Assembly (NCBI RefSeq): GCF_004010195.1
Contig: NC_057718.1
Location: forward strand, 76,599,057-76,640,054
DNA from: Chiloscyllium plagiosum
Taxonomy: Eukaryota
DNA: 40,998 nt
Direction: 5' to 3'
Part shown: piece by piece, positions 34,032 through 40,998 of the stretch
Numbering within the stretch: the stretch's first letter is position 1
How the letters are laid out: every line of letters starts with the position of its first letter
Translations under genes and position numbers: made by a program
The notes under the pieces: generated by a model
Seen by the model: only the letters and a program-made list of their open reading frames with translations
Databases searched by the model: none
What the model was told of the DNA's origin: nothing

Positions 34032-35760
34032 GGAGTGGAGGGCTCAATCCTAACACAGAATTTATAGCAAAGATTTAGAGTGTGATGTAACTGAAATTAT
34101 ACATTCAAAAATACCTTGATTGTTTGTTAAGTCTCTCATCTGTTAGAATGACCATGATAGTTTCACTTCTTTCATATGTAAATCACAAATTTTTTTTAAC
34201 AGGTTACATTCTCTGGTTAACTGTAACAATTGGTGTTAGCACAGATAAGATGTTGAGATGTTGAAGGTGTTAGCCCCCTGTGGTTCCCTGTCTGTGCCAT
34301 AATGTTCAGACTGATTCTAATCTAAAAAGTGAGCTAACAGAGTATGGATGGATTCATACAGTTTTTGAGCAAAGTACAATGTAACTCTGCAAGTACAAAT
34401 TCATCCCACAAACCTCTATGTGCATTTGTGCATGTGGGTGTTTGCGTGTGGGTTTGTGTGTGTTTGTGAGTGTCTGTGAGAGAGAGTGTATATGTGTGTA
34501 TGAGTGTAAAGTGGTCTACGTCTGTGAGAGGATGCATGTGTGAGTGTGGGAGTGTATGTGTCTGTAGGAGTATGTGTGTGTGTGTCTGGGGTGGGGGGTT
34601 GTGAGTGTCTGTGAGAGAGAGCCTCACCCGGATCTTGGGTTCATGTCACATTACAGGTGACCACCATTGCACTATACACACAGAGAGACACTCCTACGCG
34701 CACACACACAGGCACTCCTATACACAGACACTCACACACACTCCTACAGGCACACACACTCCCACACTCATACATGCATCCTTTCACAGACTAGACACTT
34801 TACACTCATACACACATATACACTCTCTCTCACAGACACTCACAATCCCCCACCTCAGACACACACACACACTCCTATAGAACACACATCACAGTCTTAA
34901 GACACTCACAAATTCACCCCACAAACGTATGTGTGTGTTTGTCTGGGGTGTGGGGTTCTAAGTGTCTGTGAGAGAGAGTGTATATATGTGTGTGTCTGTG
35001 TGTGTGAGTGTAAAGGGGTCTAAGTCTATGAGAGGGTGCATGTGTCTCCTTCAGAGGCACACACTCCCACATGCACCCACTCACAGACTTAGACCCCTTT
35101 ACACTCACACACACACACATATACATTCTCTCTCTCAGACACTCACAAGCCCCCACCCCAGACACACACACACACTCCTATAGACACACACACACTCCCA
35201 CACTCACATAACACCCTCTCGCAGACGTAGACCATTTTACACTCACACACACATATACACTCTCTCTCACAGACGCTCACAAACCCCCACCCCAGACACA
35301 TACGCACACACACAGACACACACATACACACACAAACCCACACGCACAAAAATTCACATGTACAAATACACATATAGGTTTGTGGGGTAAATTTGTACTT
35401 GCAGAGTTACATTGTACTTTGCTCAAAAACTGTATGAATCCATCCATACTCTGTTAACTCACTTTTTAGATTAGAATCAGTCTGAACATTATGGCACAAA
35501 CAGTGAACCACAGGGGGCTAACACCTTCAACATCTCAACATCTTATCTGTGCTGATACCAATTGTTACAGTTAACCTGAGAATGTAACTTTTAAAAATGT
35601 TTTGTGATTTACATATGAAAGAAGTGAAACTATCATGGTCATTCTAACAGATGAGAGACTTAACAAACAATCAAGGTATTTTTCAATGTATAATTTCAGT
35701 TACATCACACTGTAAACTTTTGTTATAAATTCTGTGTCTTACAATTGTGCACTCCACAAC

Positions 35761-35795
35761 CACCTGATGAAGGAGCAGCGCTCTGAAAGCTAGTG
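35761..35795 (+). ncRNA. Minimal hammerhead ribozyme motif (PLE family B), right arm
   Basis: CAC-CUGAUGA-A-GGAGC-AGC-GCUCU-GAAA-GC-UA-GUG: stem I CAC/GUG, palindromic AGCU. Confidence 0.68.
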
Positions 35796-35884
35796 TTTCC
35801 AATTAAACCTGTTGGACTATAACCTGGTTTTGTGTGATTTGTAACTTTGTACACCCCAGTCCAACACCGGCATCTCCAAATAGA

Positions 35885-36310
35885 TGGGAGAGGGCATTAT
35901 CGCATGAAGAAAGGTTTGACAGGCTGGGCCTGCATTCATGGGAGTAGAGAGGGAATATTGAAGTATATAACATCCTAATGCTAGAAGGATGTTTCCTCCT
36001 ATTGGACAGGCTAGAACTTAAGGACACAATTTAAAAATCAAGAGGGTCAGAAATGAGGAAACCTTTCTTTCTGTGAGGGTTGAGAATCTTTGGATCTCTC
36101 TTTTTCACTGTGAATGGTGGAGGCAGATTGATAAAATACACTGAAGACAAAGGTAGGTAGAGTCTTGACTAACAAGACCGGTGAAGATTATCGGAGTTAA
36201 TGAGATTGTAGAGGTGAGGCCACAATCAGAGCAGCCATCATCATATTGAATGTGGAGCCGGTTTGAGGGACTGAATGCCCTATCCTTGTTCTTAACCGGT
36301 ATGTTTGTAT
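35885..36310 (+). mobile_element. Decayed CR1 3' fragment
   Basis: LSHEERFDRLGLHS-like RT C-terminus and 3' UTR ending tatgtttgtatg. Confidence 0.7.
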
Positions 36311-36789
36311 GAGAGCCCTAGCTATTAATGTAATAGTTATTAACTCCTAATGCTATACCTCTCTCCAAATTATTCATTCTACTCATAAGCTATTTACATT
36401 TTCATTCTACTCTTGCTACCAAACCCCAGCTTCACTGTCATGGCTTTTTAAGTCACAAAGAAAAAGATAGTGGTGGTTTAAATAATCTGCCTGGCACTGC
36501 CTTTGTTTCTCTTGGAGAAGGGGTAGGAACACATACATCCAGTAGACGATGTGAACAATGCACAGAAGTGGTAGGGGTGTCTTTCCCCTTATCTGGGCAG
36601 TCAATCCAGACCTGCAAAGGCAGCTTGCTGATAGACATCAATATCAATTGAAAAGTAAGCTCTGCAGAGGTTGGATGTCTGAAATAAAATTAAAATGTTT
36701 GGCAAAACTCAGCAGATCTGGCAACATCTTTTGAACTATCAATCAATGCAAATCTGAGGATGCCATGGTTAATGTTGTCTAAGTAAGAA

Positions 36790-38560
36790 TGAGGATGAAC
36801 CACAAGACTCAACTCAGACAGGTTGGTCCTCAATCTGATTGTTAACAGAATCCCAAGGGCAGGATTATGGCAGTTTATGTGCTTTATAGATAAAGTTGAA
36901 GACAACAGATTGGTTTGTGTGACTGCAATCCACTAGCCTGGCCTTGTCCAAGTCAGCCTCTATAACACCTGGTCAGACAGTCTGTAGGAGACTTTGAGCC
37001 AATATATAACCTCCTGCCTATTAGGAATTCTGAAAAAGTCATATCATTTTGTAAAGAAGTGGACCATTAATTAAGCAAGCCCAGGTTGATGTCAACATTT
37101 CTCTTTGACAGAGTCTTGACTGTGTGGAACCTTCCACCTTCAGCCTCACCAGTTACTTGTGGGCATCAAGGTGAACTAGTATTGAAGAGTTTGAAGAGTT
37201 TGAAGAAACCATTAGTGAACTGCAGACCATTGTCTGAGATGACCACCTTGGGAATTCCAAGTATGGCAAAATCTCTTTGAGTATAGTGATAATTACTGCT
37301 GAGGTGAGGCCATAAAGTAATTTGGAATATTAATCAATGATATCGAGAAAGGTTTTACTCTTGATGACAAACAAATCAATCCCAAGGTGTCCCCATTAGG
37401 AAGAGGGGATACATGAGACCATTATGGTTCCTTACATTCTTGCCTGTGGATTGTACATTAGACTTTGATGTTACAGGCCACCAGATAGAGTTGGGTCACA
37501 TGCCTGGCTCTTGGCATTGGAGAAAGTCCAGCTTTAATACAATGGGAACAACCATGCAGTCATTACAGATGGGGTCGACGTTCAGAATGCTAAAATTATG
37601 ACATTGCTTAAAATGTTGTGTAAGAATGCAATTAGCAAGAATGTATGCAAGTTAACCCAAGACATAGTACTTTGTATATGTGTGAGGTTTGCATCAACCG
37701 TACAAAGTTTTTCCAACTTCTGACTGGTTGCCTTGAGCAACATGGTCAACAAGGAAGTATTGGACTCCATTTCCTCAACAAAATAAACACCAATCTGTTT
37801 AGACATCCCACAGGAATGAAGATCAAGCATCAGCTATGGTCTTGAGCTTGTCATAGACAGAATCCTTGGTGATGGCAAAACACATAAGACTTAATCAGAG
37901 CTATTAGATTCAAGGTAGCAATTTTTCCAGCTCTTTGATGTGAAGGAAGGTCACCAATGTCTTTTCATCTTGGAACGTGATTTGAGGCTTGGACTATTTG
38001 CCTCTTTCCAGATGACTGTGTATCATTGCCCCATAGCTGACCAGGAGGCTAGTAGACAAACTATTCAAAGCAATCACATGAGTTGGAACAAACTCTTGTG
38101 ACAATGGAAGGGTGCATTGGTTGCAAAAATGATAGATGGTTTCATAGCATAGAGGGTAGATATGTACTTAATCATTTTAGAGACCGGTTATTGGTTCTTG
38201 TCCCAATACCAAGCCTGATCCTAATTCTGGAGCTGCTATAGCAGTTCATTGATTTTGTGCTAAATTGTGTAGAGACTTGCCAGCTGGTTAACCATGCTTA
38301 TGCTTGAACTGGAATTCAACGACAATGCAGGATAGTGGAAAATTCTTGATGGAAACAGGATCGAGGATTTGCCTCGATCCAGGATGCATCAAAAATATTG
38401 CCAATGAAATTCATGGCAGGCTTGTAAATTTCAAATTATGGTTGAGTGTTAGACCACAGTTTATAAAATGACTTGGCACTGTCCATACTTTTGTACCAAT
38501 ATCCACTGTAGTGGAGACATGAATGAGAATTTTATCCATGTGGAATACGACTCCATTGAG
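36790..38560 (-). mobile_element. Decayed Gypsy/Ty3 LTR retrotransposon pol (RT-RNase H-integrase order)
   Basis: Minus strand remnants GVVFHMDKILIH (YxDD region, about 38520-38555), MVNQLA, SIWWP, LGIPKVVISDNGLQFT (about 37213-37262) and PQVTGEAE (integrase core). Confidence 0.75.
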
Positions 38561-38576
38561 GACCTGTCAAATGAAA

Positions 38577-40813
38577 GTCATAGAGTCATAGAGACGTACA
38601 GCATGGAAACAGATCCTTCAGTCCAACCTATCCATGCCGACCAGATATCCCGACCCAATCTAGTCCCACCTGCCAGCATCCCTCCAAACCCTTCTTATTC
38701 ATATACCTATCCAAATGCCTGTTAAATGTTGCAATTGTACCAGCTTCCACCACATCCTCTGGCAGCTCATTTCATACACGTACCACCCTCTGCATGAAAA
38801 AGTTGCCCCTTAAGTCTCTTTTATATCTTTTCCCTCTCACCTTATACCTATGCCCTCTAGTTCTGGACTCCCCAACCCCAGGGAAAAGACTTTGCCTATT
38901 TACCCTATCCATGCCCCTCATAATTTTGTAAACCTCTATAAGGTCATCCCTCAGCCTCCGACACTCCAGGGAAAACAGCCCCAAGCCTGTTCAGCCTCTC
39001 CCTGTAGCTCAAATCCTCCAACCCTGGTAAAATTATTGTAAATCTTTTCTGAACCCTTTCAAGTTTCACAACATCTTTCCAATAGAAAGGAGACCAGAAT
39101 TGCATGCAATATTCCAACAGTGGCCTAACCGATGTCCTGTACAACCGCAACATGACCTCCCAACTCCTGTACTCAATACTCTGACCAATAAAGGAAAGCA
39201 TACCAAATGCCTTCTTCACTATCCTATCTACCTGCGACTCCACTTTCAATGAGCTATGAACCTGCACTCCAAAGTCTCTTTGTTCAGCAACACTCCCTAG
39301 TACCTTAGAATTAAGTGTATAAGTCCTATTAAGATTTGCTTTCCCAAAATGCAACACCTCGCATTTATCTAAATTAAACTCCATCTGCCACTTCTTAGCC
39401 CATTGGCCCATCTGACAAGAACCTGTTGTAATCTGAGGTAACCTTCTTCGCTGTCCACTACAACTCCAATTTTGGTGTCATCTGCAAACTTACCAACTGT
39501 ACCTCTTATGCTCACATTCCTAATCATTTATATAAATGATGAAAAGTAGTGGACCCAGCACCGATCCTTGTGGCACTCCACTGGTCACAGGCCTCCGGTC
39601 TGACAAACAATCCTCCACCACCATGCTCTGTCCTCTACCTTTGAGCCAGTTCTGTATCCAAATGGCTAGTTCTCCTTGTATTCCATGAGATCTAACCTTG
39701 CTAATCAGTCTCCCATGGGGAACCTTGTTGAATGCCTTACTGAAGTCCATATAGATCACATCTACTGCTCTGCCCTCATCAATCCTCTTTGTTACTTCTT
39801 CAAAAAATTCAATCAAGTTGGTGAGACATGATTTCCCATGCACAAAGCCATGTTGACAATCCCTAATCAGTCTCTGATTTTCCAAATACATGTACATCCT
39901 GTCTCTCAGGATATCCTCCAACAACTTGCCCACCACCAACGTCAGGCTCACTGGTCTATAGTTCCCTGGCTTATCCTTATCAACCTTCTTAAACAGTGGC
40001 ACCACGTTAGCCAACCTCCAGTCTTCTGGCACCTCACCTGTGACTATTGATGATACAAATATCTCAGCAAGGGGCCCAACAATCACTTCTCTAGTTTCCC
40101 ACAGAGTTCTAGGGTACACCTGATCAGGTCCTGGGGATTTATCCATTATTATGTGTTTCAAGACATCCAGCACTTCCTCCTCTGTAATATGGACATTTTT
40201 CAAGCTGTCACCAACCATTTCCCTATATTCTGTATCTTCCATGTCCTTCTCCACAGTTAACATGATGCAAAATACTCATTTAGTATCTCCCTCATCTCCT
40301 GCGGCTCCACACAAAGGCCCTATTGCTGATCTTTGAGGGGCCCTATTCTCTAGGAGAAAGTGAGGGCTACAGATGCTGGAGATCAGAGCTGAAAATGTGT
40401 TGCTGCGCTTTTCCAGCAACACATTTTGGGCCCTATTCTCTCCCTACTTACTCTTTTGTCCTTTATGTATTTGTAAAAACCATTTGGATTCTCCTTAGCT
40501 CTATTTGCCAAAGTTATCGCATGTCCCCTTTTTGCCCTCCTGATTTCCCTCTTAAGTATACTCCTACTGCGTTTATACTCTTCTAAGGATTCAGTCAATC
40601 TATCTTGTTACCTGACATATGTTTCCTTCTTATTCTGAATCAAACCTTCAATTTCTTTAGTCATCCAGCATTCCCTGCACCTACCAGCCTTTTCTTTCAC
40701 CCAAACAGGAATATACTGTCTCTGGACTCTCATCTCGTTTCTGAAGGCTTCCTATTTTCCAGCCGTCTCTTTACCTGCGAACATCTGCCTCCAATCAGCT
40801 TTTGAAAGTTCTT
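38577..40813 (-). mobile_element. CR1/HER1 LINE, relatively well preserved ORF2 RT region
   Basis: ORFs 39520-40263 (KSPGPDQVYPR, NYRPVSLT, YMDFSKAF, SGVPQGSVLGPLLF), KFADDTK near 39470-39490, 38944-39411 and 38772-38984. Tail gtcatagagtcatagag. Confidence 0.95.
40352..40427 (-). mobile_element. 76-bp Penelope-like family A terminus with inverted end, inserted in CR1
   Basis: 14-bp TSD GGGCCCTATTCTCT at 40338-40351 and 40428-40441. aaaatgtgttgctg is followed by the inverted cgcttttccagcaacacatttt. Confidence 0.85.
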
Positions 40814-40998
40814 TTGAAAAGCGCAGCAGGAGCAGGAGCAGGAGCAGGAGAATTGACGTTTTGGGCATGAGCCCTTCTTCAGGAATGAGGAAAGTGTGCC
40901 AAGCAGGCTAACATAAAAGGTAGGGAGGAGGGACTTGGACGTTGGAAATGCGATAGGTTAAGGTGGGGGTGAAGGTGGTTAAGGTGGGGGTGATAGGC
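40814..40998 (-). mobile_element. Penelope-like family A fragment running off the window, hammerhead mutated (GAAA to AAAA)
   Basis: gaaaagcgcagcagg...gacgttttgggcatgagcccttcttcaggaa matches 11364-11437. Confidence 0.8.

Larger units (their letters stand above)
33943..35880. mobile_element. Penelope-like family B composite forming a palindrome of about 1.9 kb with CA/GT-rich internal repeats
   Basis: Arms of about 33943-34620 and 35128-35848 are reverse complements. The centre has DLGFMSHYR* (PLE C-terminus-like) at about 34631-34660 and extra inverted CA/GT blocks. Confidence 0.85.

Noticed and set aside
34334..35373. His/Thr- and Cys/Val-rich ORFs; CRISPR-like repeat array
   Set aside because: These are translations of CA/GT repeats. 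There is no constant repeat with unique spacers, and the sequence is eukaryotic.

Overview
Repeat-dominated, AT-rich vertebrate genomic DNA. It is almost certainly from an elasmobranch (shark), inferred from HE1-type V-SINEs sharing 3' tails with CR1/HER1 LINEs. No intact host protein-coding gene is recognisable, and nearly all long ORFs are decayed retroelement fragments. The window holds: a Tx1-clade LINE (1-4124, minus) whose 5' boundary resembles the 5' end of U2 snRNA (Keno-like); a Rex1-like LINE splitting a tRNA-derived SINE; many CR1 fragments; three families of Penelope-like elements (PLEs) carrying minimal hammerhead ribozyme motifs and inverted ends; a solo LTR with a 4-bp TSD; a decayed Gypsy pol; and a decayed Harbinger-type Myb/SANT gene. 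Outside the repeats, the most notable signals are a candidate 15/12-nt microexon (5424-5438, minus), a 92-bp near-perfect inverted repeat whose arms run exactly from CAG to GTAAG (16903-17612), and a CArG/CRE promoter-like cluster followed by splice sites (24098-24600). All family assignments come from reading motifs by eye. No database search was run, and boundaries of decayed repeats are approximate.
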